Of a stretch of 64,000 nt of DNA, positions 17,520-27,237 are shown one piece after another. Made by a program: the position numbers and the translations under genes. The notes below the pieces were generated by a model. That model did no database searches, was not told the DNA's origin, and saw only the letters and a list, made by a program, of their open reading frames with translations. Within the stretch, counting starts at the first letter, position 1. Each line of letters opens with the position of its first letter. The DNA comes from a virus, in IMG/VR virus record IMGVR_UViG_3300021964_000026, positions 1 to 64,000 of that record; one strand, written 5' to 3'.

Positions 17520-17816
17520 GTGCCGATTTCATTTGACATTAGCGTGGCTGATTTTACCGATGATGGAAGGTTGTTGAAACCAAACGGTCAAGACGCGGTT
17601 ATCAAAGGCATCCGTATTGATACGGGTGATGGTGAGTCTCAATTCCTTGAAGGCTTTGATTATGTCAGCCACCTTCTCGGTGATGTTGTGATGTGCGCCT
17701 GTGGTGAACAGATTGACCCGCACCACATCGCACTCTTCACAAAGAAGCGTGATTACATTCTCGTCCCAGCGCGCTGTTGCAACAAGTTTCGCTGGTTTCG
17801 GGGTGATGCGGAATGA
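17520..17816 (+). CDS. Hypothetical Cys-containing protein (start uncertain, possibly leaderless GTG)
   Basis: CAC...RCC; TAAATA at 17491-17496 lies about 24 nt upstream of GTG 17520. Confidence 0.6.
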   Translation: MPISFDISVADFTDDGRLLKPNGQDAVIKGIRIDTGDGESQFLEGFDYVSHLLGDVVMCACGEQIDPHHIALFTKKRDYILVPARCCNKFRWFRGDAE

Positions 17817-18457
17817 TTGAAGACGAATGGGAACCAACCGAAGACGACATTGAATGGACGCGTGGACAACTTGAACGAATGCAGGTGGGCGACACATGGG
17901 GTGTCGCTGATTCTGTGTTGCGCAAAGACATTGACAATGTTCTCACCGTGGTCCAAGCCAGCCCTGCATCCATCATGCCTCTCCAACGAATCGGAAAGGT
18001 GTGTGCGCAGATTGGATACAAACTCATCACCGAGGGGGCCGAAATCATTCACGACCCTCAAGCCGCCGCGCAACAAGCCGCCCAAGAATGGGAACACGAA
18101 GGTATCCCTGTCGTCAACTACGATTTGGAGAACGCGGAGTGGATGTGCATTGACCCCGATGCGGAATCGTGGCGGGTGATTGTGCGACACGAATCGGACG
18201 ACCCCGACAAACCTCACGAAGTCGCCTTGAGTCCAATGGACTACAACCTCGTTGCGGGTGATGAACTCTTCTTCACATGGGATGGGATGCGCGTCCTTGA
18301 GCGAGAGGAAATCATTGAGATGGCTGACAACGACACGCTGATGGCGAATCTCGGTGCGGGTTTCCTCATCATCATGCCGACAACTTGGAATAAGCGTCTC
18401 GTCCCTCCACATTTGCGCGGCCTCATTTTCTACAAACACCGAGATGAGGAAGAATGA
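17813..18457 (+). CDS. Acidic hypothetical protein
   Basis: GGGGTGA SD and ATGA overlaps. Confidence 0.8.
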   Translation: MIEDEWEPTEDDIEWTRGQLERMQVGDTWGVADSVLRKDIDNVLTVVQASPASIMPLQRIGKVCAQIGYKLITEGAEIIHDPQAAAQQAAQEWEHEGIPVVNYDLENAEWMCIDPDAESWRVIVRHESDDPDKPHEVALSPMDYNLVAGDELFFTWDGMRVLEREEIIEMADNDTLMANLGAGFLIIMPTTWNKRLVPPHLRGLIFYKHRDEEE

Positions 18458-19758
18458 AGTTTGAGGATTTAGCGAGCGTGGTTGCGACCGCGCAGACTGA
18501 ACCCAAGAACGCCAGCCACCTCACCGTCCTCTTCAAGAGACACGCAGATAGCGCACACGACATCATCACGATTTGCTGTGCGAATCCGCGCTCATCCGTC
18601 AAACCTCACCATGTCATCAAAATGTTAGCGCAGTCTTACGGTCTGTTCCCCGAAGAATATGACGAATTGATGGAAGAACACGAAATGCCCCTGCTTCTTG
18701 CGAGCGAATCTCCCCAAGAAGTAGACGAATCTATCACGCTTCGCCAAGCAATTGAGTTCAAAGAAATGATACTGCGCGGCGAACTGAACGCTGACATTCT
18801 ATTCAACTCCTTGTCGCAATTGAGTGCGATGCTGTTTTGGGGATATGCCTTCGGACGAAACGCTCTCGGATTTAGACGAATCATGCAAGCGGTTGCGTCT
18901 ATCACAAAGTATGACACGAATCACCTCCAACGCATGCGCTCCATCATGCCAGCAGGTGATGTCATTGAGCGTGCGCTAAACGAAACACTCCCCGATGAGT
19001 TCACCATCCAACCTTCCTACCCGTTCAAAGCACCGCACTATTCCCGTTGGAACAAGTGGTCGCTCCCCTTCAAAGAGACGCACTACGATGTGGTGCGTGG
19101 AAGACGCTACTACGCGCACAGACGGGGAGGCTCCGTTTTTTGTTTTGACACGACGGGCGCGCGCGTGCGTCTGTCCCCCACACTTCCGTATCACGACGAC
19201 TGTGTGTGCGAAGTTGACGAAGACGGGAACATCATTGAGTGGTTGCACCGTGAAGACGAACCGAATCTATGGAGAGAAAAGCGCAATGTGCGCGCACTCA
19301 AACCACAGGTGGTGAAAGACCGAGCGCACTTTCGTGCTATCGTTCAATCGCTGGATGAAGGTGAAGTGTTGCGTCTCATGGATGGCGAGCGTGCGTATTT
19401 CCATAGTGGAGCAGTTGGAGGATTTATCGTGCCGCGCAGAACATTTGACATACCGTTGCTGATACTTGGTGGCTTCCGTGATGGGGAAGGTATACGAATC
19501 AAAATAGCCGCGCTTGATGGCTTTGACCCATTCCCTGTCGGGTATGCGTTTGTCAAAACAGATGACATCCCCGACCGACTCGCACGACTCTATGATGCGC
19601 AGGGGATGATGGACATAGACGAAGGGCTGGTGGGTATTTTCCACACGCTCGGATACGAACACGAAACGAAAACGCTACGCGCACCTTACTTGACACGAAT
19701 TGACACGACTCTCGGACAAAGCGACGCTATGCAGATTGGAGATTTGATGGAGAGGTGA
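18454..19758 (+). CDS. ATP-dependent DNA ligase homologue with degenerate active site
   Basis: Ligase-like order of motifs: VVRGRRYYAHRRGGSVFCF (motif I region, no Lys), EGEVLR, FDIPLLILGG, LRAPYLTRID. Confidence 0.6.
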   Translation: MKFEDLASVVATAQTEPKNASHLTVLFKRHADSAHDIITICCANPRSSVKPHHVIKMLAQSYGLFPEEYDELMEEHEMPLLLASESPQEVDESITLRQAIEFKEMILRGELNADILFNSLSQLSAMLFWGYAFGRNALGFRRIMQAVASITKYDTNHLQRMRSIMPAGDVIERALNETLPDEFTIQPSYPFKAPHYSRWNKWSLPFKETHYDVVRGRRYYAHRRGGSVFCFDTTGARVRLSPTLPYHDDCVCEVDEDGNIIEWLHREDEPNLWREKRNVRALKPQVVKDRAHFRAIVQSLDEGEVLRLMDGERAYFHSGAVGGFIVPRRTFDIPLLILGGFRDGEGIRIKIAALDGFDPFPVGYAFVKTDDIPDRLARLYDAQGMMDIDEGLVGIFHTLGYEHETKTLRAPYLTRIDTTLGQSDAMQIGDLMER

Positions 19759-20117
19759 GCATGGACGAAGACGCATTCTTCCTCGGATGGCTGGCACGAG
19801 ACTGCCGCTTTCAGTTGAGCGTTCACTTCGCACCAAACACACGAATTGGATACCGTGTGGCACGCCGCGTCTTGGTTTCACGAAAGGATGAACCCGCCCT
19901 CAACATGTGGCTATCCACGAAAGGCATCAACGCACGCATCCTCAAAGACCCCGACCTCATCCGACAACTCATCCGCTTACTCACCCCTGTCAAAGAGCAT
20001 GTGGCGGATATTGATAACATGCTCAAAATGATACGCTTGATGGACTACAAGGGGCGTGCGCCCACACACGAACAGATAGAGGACATCATTCGGATGATAG
20101 ACGGAACCGCGGATTGA
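19755..20117 (+). CDS. Single-motif LAGLIDADG-like protein, degenerate
   Basis: FFLGWLARDCRFQLSV...RIGYRV resembles the LAGLIDADG helix plus first beta strands. Confidence 0.5.
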   Translation: MSMDEDAFFLGWLARDCRFQLSVHFAPNTRIGYRVARRVLVSRKDEPALNMWLSTKGINARILKDPDLIRQLIRLLTPVKEHVADIDNMLKMIRLMDYKGRAPTHEQIEDIIRMIDGTAD

Positions 20118-20129
20118 GGCGTGGCTGTT

Positions 20130-20250
20130 CTTATTCTCAATAATTTTACATTCTTATTAGAATAATAATATACTATTTTTATTATAACAATAATACAATA
20201 ATATCAACAAAACCCTGCGGTTTGCCCCGTTTTTTTTCAACCCCTTATAA
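20130..20250. promoter_or_regulatory. AT-rich intergenic block before the replication module (origin or promoter candidate)
   Basis: About 80 nt of nearly pure A/T with AATAATA repeats and short palindromes; TTATAA near 20245. Confidence 0.55.
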
Positions 20251-20291
20251 GGGAGTCGCCAACCCTTTCTTGAGGGGCGAGGACGAAACAC

Positions 20292-21176
20292 ATGCCCGAA
20301 CACAAACCCCGAAACCTTTCCGAATACATCGGAGCCAACGACCCAGCCAACCCTCTCTTCTACCTTGACGAGTGGGAAAGTGATAGCCCCCAATGCCTTC
20401 TGTTCTACGGACAGCCCGGACTTGGAAAAACAACCGCCGCGTATCTCATAGCCCAGCAGTTGAACCTTGACCTCGTTGAACTGAACGCCAGCGACGAGCG
20501 AGGCATTGATGCGGTGCGAACCAAAATCAAAGAGATGGCTTTCAGCAGTTCGCTTTGGACAGCGCGCCTCATCCTCTTGGATGAGTGTGAAGGAATGACC
20601 AAGCCAGCACAGGAAGCACTCAAGCGCATGATGGAGAAGAGCAATTGCTGGTGGATTCTCACCTGCAACGACCCATCAGCCGTCATCCCTGCACTCAAGT
20701 CCCGTTGCGTGCAATTCCAATTCAAACCCTACACCGCAGAACAAGTGCGCGCGTATACGCAACTCTTGATTTCCACGCATGGTGTGATTTCAACCGATAG
20801 CCCCGACGCACTCCATTCATACTTCGGTGGCGACCTTCGCGCGATTGGAAATCACATCATGAGTGGGGCGAAACTTGACAATTCTCAAACAGACTTTGAC
20901 TCCCTCACCCTTGACATCGCCGCTGGCGATTGGGAGTCAACACACCGAGCCATGCTTGAAATGGTTCGCAACGGCGCGTCTCTTCACATGGTGATGCGCA
21001 AAATCCAAGACCATGTGAAAACCATCGGTTTAGAAACCGAACAATTATATGCCTTCTTCGCTGTGTGGGGTAATTTCGTGTTACGAATGCACGCATGGCC
21101 GCTGTCATCGGAGTCCTTTGTGGACTACTTTGTAGCGACCCTGCACCGCGAAGACACAAACCAAAAGGAGGAATAA
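20292..21176 (+). CDS. rfcS: Replication factor C small subunit-like clamp loader
   Basis: GQPGLGKT, ELNASDERGIDAVR, LDECE and SRC motif. Confidence 0.92.
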   Translation: MPEHKPRNLSEYIGANDPANPLFYLDEWESDSPQCLLFYGQPGLGKTTAAYLIAQQLNLDLVELNASDERGIDAVRTKIKEMAFSSSLWTARLILLDECEGMTKPAQEALKRMMEKSNCWWILTCNDPSAVIPALKSRCVQFQFKPYTAEQVRAYTQLLISTHGVISTDSPDALHSYFGGDLRAIGNHIMSGAKLDNSQTDFDSLTLDIAAGDWESTHRAMLEMVRNGASLHMVMRKIQDHVKTIGLETEQLYAFFAVWGNFVLRMHAWPLSSESFVDYFVATLHREDTNQKEE

Positions 21177-21178
21177 AA

Positions 21179-22501
21179 ATGCCAAACCTAACCGGAAACG
21201 AAGCCAAAAACAACGAACAGAACAACGGGTTGCACCCCGATGTGGAGGAACGCCTAAAGTGGTGGGCCGAGAAACACAACAAGTCGCTTGATGATGCGAC
21301 CGGTGATTTCTACACCTACCTCAAGACGGAACTCGGAGTGGACAACCCCGATGCCGAAGAAGCCGACTTCATGATTGATGCCGCAGAAACCTTCGTGGTT
21401 GAGCGACGCGTCATGTCGGGAACATCCCAAGCAAACGCAACCGAACTCGTCGGATACTTTGTCGGCGTTGACCCGAAGATGCGAGACGGTGTGGAACGCA
21501 AGCGCGCTCCCGCTGTTTCAGCCGCCATCAACGACCTTGACGACGCCATCCAACAGGGGCTTGTTGCACGAGCCTTCACCCAAGACGGCGTGTGGATGCT
21601 TGAGAAGAAAGACGGTGTGGTTGCTACCGAAGAATCAGCAGACGCGAAACCGTGGTTCCTCTTTGAAGAGAACAACCTCTCCATCGCCATTTTGCAGAAC
21701 AACCCCGATTGGTCCCGCTACGGTGAACCCATCACGCCCTACCGATGGCAACGCACCTACCACTTCCTCGGCAACGAGAAGGACCACTTCTTGGATGACC
21801 AACGATTGCTCCGCATCACCGTGACGCTTGGCTCCGGTGGTTGGTTTGTCCCACAACTGTTCGCTGAATGCACCTTGAAGGTGCGAGCGCAATCGGCCAA
21901 TGTCAAGCCGGAGTGGGCTGACACCTACAACGCGTTTGCCCTCCCCGGCGCAGTTGCTTATGGTAACGACTTCGTGGAAGAGCATTTGCGCTCCGCCATT
22001 GCACCCGAACGCCTCATCCCTGCTCTTGAGAAGTCCTACATCAAGGACTTGTCAACACTCGCAGAAGTCTTTGAGACGCGTCAAGAAGTCATCCCCGGAT
22101 ACAACCCTGTTGGTCCTCTCGTCTTCATCCGAGCGAAGGTGAGCGACATGCGAAAGGAAGCACGCGAAACCGAGTGGGACCCGACGGGTCATGACTACTC
22201 CATGAGCGTTTCATCCTTTGACCTCATGCGCACCTTCAACGGCGGAATGCGTCAAAACCTGCCTTGTTACATCCACGGATTGCTCGGCGATGACGGCCAT
22301 CCGTTTGACTACGCCACCGCCGAAGGTTGGAAGCCCTACGCTGTCAAGTCCACCGTCATTGTGTTTGGACGATTGAGCGTGCGCGCAACCGATGATGGAC
22401 CACTACCTGCCATCAAGACCCTCGGCGTCTTCGCAGTCCCACGCCTCGCCATCCCTGCTGGTGAAGGCGGCGACACATCAACAACGCAATATGGAGAGTG
22501 A
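21179..22501 (+). CDS. Replication-module protein, possibly an OB-fold ssDNA-binding protein
   Basis: Long ORF between RFC and the ATPase with AGGAGG SD; beta-rich and aromatic. Function inferred from context only. Confidence 0.5.
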   Translation: MPNLTGNEAKNNEQNNGLHPDVEERLKWWAEKHNKSLDDATGDFYTYLKTELGVDNPDAEEADFMIDAAETFVVERRVMSGTSQANATELVGYFVGVDPKMRDGVERKRAPAVSAAINDLDDAIQQGLVARAFTQDGVWMLEKKDGVVATEESADAKPWFLFEENNLSIAILQNNPDWSRYGEPITPYRWQRTYHFLGNEKDHFLDDQRLLRITVTLGSGGWFVPQLFAECTLKVRAQSANVKPEWADTYNAFALPGAVAYGNDFVEEHLRSAIAPERLIPALEKSYIKDLSTLAEVFETRQEVIPGYNPVGPLVFIRAKVSDMRKEARETEWDPTGHDYSMSVSSFDLMRTFNGGMRQNLPCYIHGLLGDDGHPFDYATAEGWKPYAVKSTVIVFGRLSVRATDDGPLPAIKTLGVFAVPRLAIPAGEGGDTSTTQYGE

Positions 22502-22506
22502 AAAAC

Positions 22507-23505
22507 ATGCCAAACCTCAACGATTTGAAAACAGAAGCCACGAAAACCTTTGACCCAACCACCGGTGAAACCGTTTCGGTTCCGCTGGTTGAAGAACAGC
22601 CCGCGCAAAGCAGACCCATCGCCGCATCCGTGTGGGATGAGATTGTCAGCGCAGGTGAAACCGTCCCCAACAGCATGATTTTGTGTGGACTTGTCGGACC
22701 GGAAGGTGTTGGCAAGACGGGCATTGTCTTGGACAGCATGACCGACGAAGAAAAGAAGCGCGGAGATGTCATCTTTGTGCTTGACTTTGACGGTGGCGGA
22801 CAGACGACACGCGTGACCCATCACCGTGAGTTCGCCAACAACATCCGGTGTCTCAACCCGAATGTCATGTTCCAAACCTTTGACGAAGACGGGGAGACTC
22901 GTGAAGCGAAGGACTACCCAGCGACCCATCGTCGGGTTATGAAAATTGGACAGACGCTTGTTGATTGGGCCGCAAACCCCGGTGACAAACCACGCCTCCA
23001 CTCCGTTCTCTTCTCCGCAGTTGACCTGTGGGATGAAGTCGCAAAGAACTGCATGTTCATTGAAGACTTGGGAACAGCACCCGATGGCATTGGAGCCAAA
23101 GTCAAGCCTCATGAGCAGGTTGGCATGCGGTTCAATTGGCAGATTCGCTCAACGCGGTTCCACCAACTCACCACCATCGCTCGCACCTTGATGTCGCTTG
23201 GAGTCCGCGTCTACCTTGAGACTCACTTCACCGACCTCATGGACAAGGCTGGCGTCATCACCGGGAAGAAGCCTTCTTGGGAAAAGCACACCGCCAACTA
23301 CCTCAACCAAATCATTCACTTCCACAAGAAAAAGGTGCGCGGTGAAGACGGCTCACCTACGGGAGAAACGCGATACGAAGTTGAGTTCGTCAAGTGTAAG
23401 ACGAACCCCGAACTTCTTGACCAGCGACGAACCATCATGGTCACGAAGCAGAACGCGTCCCCCGAATGGTTCGGTCTTCCGGAACTTCGGGAGGGCGGCA
23501 TTTGA
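22507..23505 (+). CDS. RecA-like / AAA_24 (Sak4-type) ATPase
   Basis: Walker A GPEGVGKT, VLDFDGG, downstream VYLETH strand; adjacent to the putative SSB. Confidence 0.7.
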   Translation: MPNLNDLKTEATKTFDPTTGETVSVPLVEEQPAQSRPIAASVWDEIVSAGETVPNSMILCGLVGPEGVGKTGIVLDSMTDEEKKRGDVIFVLDFDGGGQTTRVTHHREFANNIRCLNPNVMFQTFDEDGETREAKDYPATHRRVMKIGQTLVDWAANPGDKPRLHSVLFSAVDLWDEVAKNCMFIEDLGTAPDGIGAKVKPHEQVGMRFNWQIRSTRFHQLTTIARTLMSLGVRVYLETHFTDLMDKAGVITGKKPSWEKHTANYLNQIIHFHKKKVRGEDGSPTGETRYEVEFVKCKTNPELLDQRRTIMVTKQNASPEWFGLPELREGGI

Positions 23506-23855
23506 TGGAATGGAAACGCACCGGGACTCCCGCACACAACAACGCCACCGCGCGTAGCGAAGAAGACCAACCATACCTGCCAAACCCGACCTGCCCTGTT
23601 TGTGCTGGGTCGGGTGAGGTGGTGACGGAACGACCTCTCCGCAACCACGAAGGTGAATGCGTTGATGTTGAGTTTTACAATCACCCATGCGATTGCGTCT
23701 TTCAAAAGTGGGTTGCGAAACCCGAACCGAAGTGCAATCAATGCAACGGCACAGGCGCAGTTCAAGAACGACTCCTTCATCCTACAACGAAGGAGGAATA
23801 CATCATGTTCCACGACTGCATCTGTCTACGATTTGTCAAGGAGATGACCGAATGA
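23505..23855 (+). CDS. Tandem Zn-finger protein (DnaJ-type CxxCxGxG repeats)
   Basis: CPVCAGSG...CDC and CNQCNGTG...CIC form an internal duplication. Confidence 0.8.
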   Translation: MEWKRTGTPAHNNATARSEEDQPYLPNPTCPVCAGSGEVVTERPLRNHEGECVDVEFYNHPCDCVFQKWVAKPEPKCNQCNGTGAVQERLLHPTTKEEYIMFHDCICLRFVKEMTE

Positions 23856-24010
23856 ACGAAAATGAAGTAAGACACATCAAAGGAAAAAAGAGCGCGCGAC
23901 TTTGCGGTTCCAAAGGAAACTACGAACCCGTTGGCACGAACACGGAGTTGCCGGTTTGCCACGCTTGTCAAACCATCCACTTCACATTGACGGGGGAGAT
24001 GATTCAATGA
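23852..24010 (+). CDS. Small Zn-finger protein
   Basis: H...LCG...CHAC; ATGA overlaps. Confidence 0.7.
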   Translation: MNENEVRHIKGKKSARLCGSKGNYEPVGTNTELPVCHACQTIHFTLTGEMIQ

Positions 24011-24768
24011 GCCTTGCTCAAGCAACTTTCAACAATGATTCACTTTGGGCTTTCATGACAGGATTCGGAGAGGGCGTCAACGACCTTCGTTGCACCCTCG
24101 CTGACCTGCGACTCAAAGCATCCGTGGATACGGCGACGCATTTCTTCACCAAGACCATCGGCATTCACGGAGTGGAAGACGACTACCGAGCAGGTGTTAT
24201 CTACATCCCCGATGTCCACAAGGTCGGCGCGTTTCTCAAAGCGTGCGATGAAGACTACACCACCATCCGACATGTTGGCAACACGCTGACATTGAAGAAC
24301 GGCAACAACGAGTTCAGCACACCGACCTCCGACTACATCATGTCGCACACCACCGTGGACCGAGCCGAGACTGCCATCAGTTATGCCGCACAGAACAAGT
24401 GGGCTAAACTTGGCCGCGCGGATTTGGAATGTCATGGGACGCTGACCGTTGGTGCGACTCGCGGAATGACCGCACTCACCAAAGTCATCGGAAAGGATGC
24501 ACCCGTCAAGGTTCGTGTGGCTGATGGCGAGATGACCATTGCCGCTGGAACAAACCGTGGCGCGCGTATGACACGACAATGCGATGTTGACACCGAATAC
24601 AACGGGACATGTGAAACAGTCTTCGGACCTCACTTCCCGAAGTTGTTGAACCTCATGCCATCCGGACCCGCCATCTTTCACATGGGAAACAAAAGCGCGC
24701 TTGTTATTGTTCACGCTGAACTTGCATGCACGCTTGTTCTCAAACACCAAGAGGGGGTAGACCAATGA
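24007..24768 (+). CDS. Divergent PCNA-like sliding clamp
   Basis: 253 aa with a two-domain alternating alpha/beta pattern; located between RFC and PolB. Confidence 0.55.
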   Translation: MSLAQATFNNDSLWAFMTGFGEGVNDLRCTLADLRLKASVDTATHFFTKTIGIHGVEDDYRAGVIYIPDVHKVGAFLKACDEDYTTIRHVGNTLTLKNGNNEFSTPTSDYIMSHTTVDRAETAISYAAQNKWAKLGRADLECHGTLTVGATRGMTALTKVIGKDAPVKVRVADGEMTIAAGTNRGARMTRQCDVDTEYNGTCETVFGPHFPKLLNLMPSGPAIFHMGNKSALVIVHAELACTLVLKHQEGVDQ

Positions 24769-24884
24769 GCGAAGAAGAATGTTTGATGTGCAACGGTGAA
24801 GACTGCGATTCAAGAGACGACTATCACCTGTTGTGCAAAGAGTGCTACGAAATGGTGACATGGCCGAAGGAGTTGGACCAATGA
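24765..24884 (+). CDS. 39-aa Zn-finger microprotein (not in the ORF track)
   Basis: MSEEECLMCNGEDCDSRDDYHLLCKECYEMVTWPKELDQ; ATGA overlaps at both ends. Confidence 0.7.
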   Translation: MSEEECLMCNGEDCDSRDDYHLLCKECYEMVTWPKELDQ

Positions 24885-27232
24885 TTGCTGACGCTATCTA
24901 CCACGATGACCGACCACCAACACTCTACACCCGATACCGTGATGATAAGGGCGCGCTGATTGAAAACCGCGTTGACGACTACAAACCTCACATGTTCATC
25001 CCTACATCAACACCGGAGTTTCGCATCAACCAAATGCTTCGCTCATTCCCTACCGCTGAATTGTTGAAGGACAAGACCTACGAGGGGCTTGACGGTGCTA
25101 CGCTTTGGCGTGTTGAAACGGACAACCCCTACGACATCGCCGCCATGCGAAACATGTTCAGCCGTTCCTACGAAGGAGACATGCGCTTCGTTGACCAATA
25201 CTTGGTTGAGAACATCACCGAGATGCCGAAATGGAAGCCGCGCAAATGGTGGTATGACATTGAGTGCAACACCGGCGACGACAATTTCACGACCGTCATC
25301 GCCGTCATTGATTCCGACATGGACCTTCCCGTTGTTTTCGCATGGGCTGATGAGCGAACCAATTGTGCTTACGAGACTCCACCCGAAAGCGTCACTTGGC
25401 GACGCAAGGTTCGTGATGAAGAATACAGGTTGCGTCTTTTTGATTCGGAGAAAGCAATATATGATGAGTTCATTCATTTTCTTCACCATCGCAACCCCGA
25501 CATGATGATTGCTCACGCGGGAACTTTCTTTGACATACCTCACATGATTGAACGCCTTGACCACATCTACGGTCATGGTGGTTCACACAGGTTGAGTCCA
25601 CTCGGCATCATTCGCTACCCCAAGAAGGGTGAGCGATACCGCTTTGACGACCAACCCATCGCTGGCCGTTGGCAATTTGATACCGCGGCCCCTGCGCAAT
25701 CCGGCACAGGATTTGAGCGCGTATGGAAAGACAGCGGTGGTGGACAACTACCCAACCGTAAGTTGAATACTATCGCTGAAACGCTGGGCCTCGGCTCCAA
25801 ACTCACCGAAGAGATTGAGGGCATGGATGTCCACAATGGGTGGTATGAGTATTGGTCGGAGTTCGTTGACTACTGTTTGCTTGACACCGTTCTCCTTCGT
25901 GGGATTGATGAAGCGCGAAATGTCACGGACTTCTTTGTTGAAATGGTGCGTCTTTGTGGCGTCTCCATTCAATCATCAACCAATGTGTCAAACTTCATGC
26001 GCGGTTTGCTTGGACGCAAGACCCACTTGATTGCACCTTCTCGCATCAATGTGCAGAAGCCCGACATTCAAGGAGCGGAGTTCATCATCAAAGACAACGG
26101 CCTCTACGAAGGTGTTGCTGTTGTTGACTACAAGGGACTGTATCCCTCACTCATGACCGGCTTCAACTTGTGCTGGACAACGAAGCGAGATGGCCCCGGC
26201 CCCGGCATTCTTGAGATGGAGAACGGAACCTTTTGGGACCAAGAATCCAAAGGCATCCTCCCCCAAGTTGTTGACGACCTGTTTGAATACCGAGCATTGT
26301 GCAAACAACGCATGCGCGAAGCAGAAACCAAAGAGATTCGTGCCGCTTGGAACACCACACAGGCCGCAGTCAAGCGCGTCATGGCGAGTCTCTACGGGGC
26401 AACCGCGAGCGTCGGGTTCGGCTGGGCCGACCTTGACATCGCCGAAACCATCCTCTCCGAAGGACGACGATGCATTGCTTTGCTTGACACGGTGGCGACC
26501 AACATGGGCTACAATGTTCTCTACGGTTTCACCGACTCCGCTTTCATCCAAGTGCCGCTTGAGGAAGCCGAAGCATTGGCCGCGCGTATCACAGATGTCG
26601 TGCAGTCTACGACGGGCAACGAGAAGTTGATTGCTGAACTTGAGGCTTACATGCCGTATTGGTTGCTGGCTGGCAAGAACCGCTACGCGGGAAAGGTCAC
26701 TTATCCCACCGAGGATGCTGGCAAAATGAAGACGGCGAACTTCATGAAAGGTAGCAGTCTTGCACCCATCAGCAAACAAGCCGAAGGGACGGTGCTTGAC
26801 CTCGTGTGCGACGGTGCGTCCGAAGCCGATGTGCGAGCCGCCGTTCTTGACATGGCTCTCCCTGTGCGACGAGGTGAAATGGACTTGAAGACCGTGACGC
26901 AATCAACAAGAATCAGCGCGAATCCGGAAGACTACAAAACACTCTCCGGTGCTTCAAAAGCCGCGCACTACTACAACCAACACATGGCGGATGGCGACCC
27001 GTTTGTATCGGGCGACTCCGTTCAATGGACCTATGTTTCAGCCGTTCCGAATGGTTTGCCAGCAACCAAAGTAGTTGCATACCGTGAACCTGCTGAACTT
27101 GAGGACTTTGAATTGGATGCCAAAACCATTTTGAACAAATCAATTGAGAAGAAAATCTCCGGCATTTTTGAGGTCTTGGGTTGGGACCTTGAAGCCGCAA
27201 TCGGAACCCCCCGACCCGCAACATATTGGTGA
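24881..27232 (+). CDS. polB: Family B DNA polymerase with 3'-5' exonuclease
   Basis: ExoI YDIEC, ExoII FFDIP, ExoIII YCLLD; pol motifs DYKGLYPS, KRVMASLYG, YGFTDS, KNRY. Confidence 0.95.
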   Translation: MIADAIYHDDRPPTLYTRYRDDKGALIENRVDDYKPHMFIPTSTPEFRINQMLRSFPTAELLKDKTYEGLDGATLWRVETDNPYDIAAMRNMFSRSYEGDMRFVDQYLVENITEMPKWKPRKWWYDIECNTGDDNFTTVIAVIDSDMDLPVVFAWADERTNCAYETPPESVTWRRKVRDEEYRLRLFDSEKAIYDEFIHFLHHRNPDMMIAHAGTFFDIPHMIERLDHIYGHGGSHRLSPLGIIRYPKKGERYRFDDQPIAGRWQFDTAAPAQSGTGFERVWKDSGGGQLPNRKLNTIAETLGLGSKLTEEIEGMDVHNGWYEYWSEFVDYCLLDTVLLRGIDEARNVTDFFVEMVRLCGVSIQSSTNVSNFMRGLLGRKTHLIAPSRINVQKPDIQGAEFIIKDNGLYEGVAVVDYKGLYPSLMTGFNLCWTTKRDGPGPGILEMENGTFWDQESKGILPQVVDDLFEYRALCKQRMREAETKEIRAAWNTTQAAVKRVMASLYGATASVGFGWADLDIAETILSEGRRCIALLDTVATNMGYNVLYGFTDSAFIQVPLEEAEALAARITDVVQSTTGNEKLIAELEAYMPYWLLAGKNRYAGKVTYPTEDAGKMKTANFMKGSSLAPISKQAEGTVLDLVCDGASEADVRAAVLDMALPVRRGEMDLKTVTQSTRISANPEDYKTLSGASKAAHYYNQHMADGDPFVSGDSVQWTYVSAVPNGLPATKVVAYREPAELEDFELDAKTILNKSIEKKISGIFEVLGWDLEAAIGTPRPATYW

Positions 27233-27237
27233 GAAAA

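Noticed and set aside
7460-22570. Scattered internal DPxTG peptides (DPITGE, DPATGK, DPETGE, DPTTGE) as one system
   Set aside because: DPxTG is a very common beta-hairpin turn; only the C-terminal F[DN]xxTGxWE copies were kept as a finding.
24881-27232. Intein or intron in PolB, primase or helicases
   Set aside because: Lengths are normal, motifs are contiguous, and no intein splice-junction pattern was seen.
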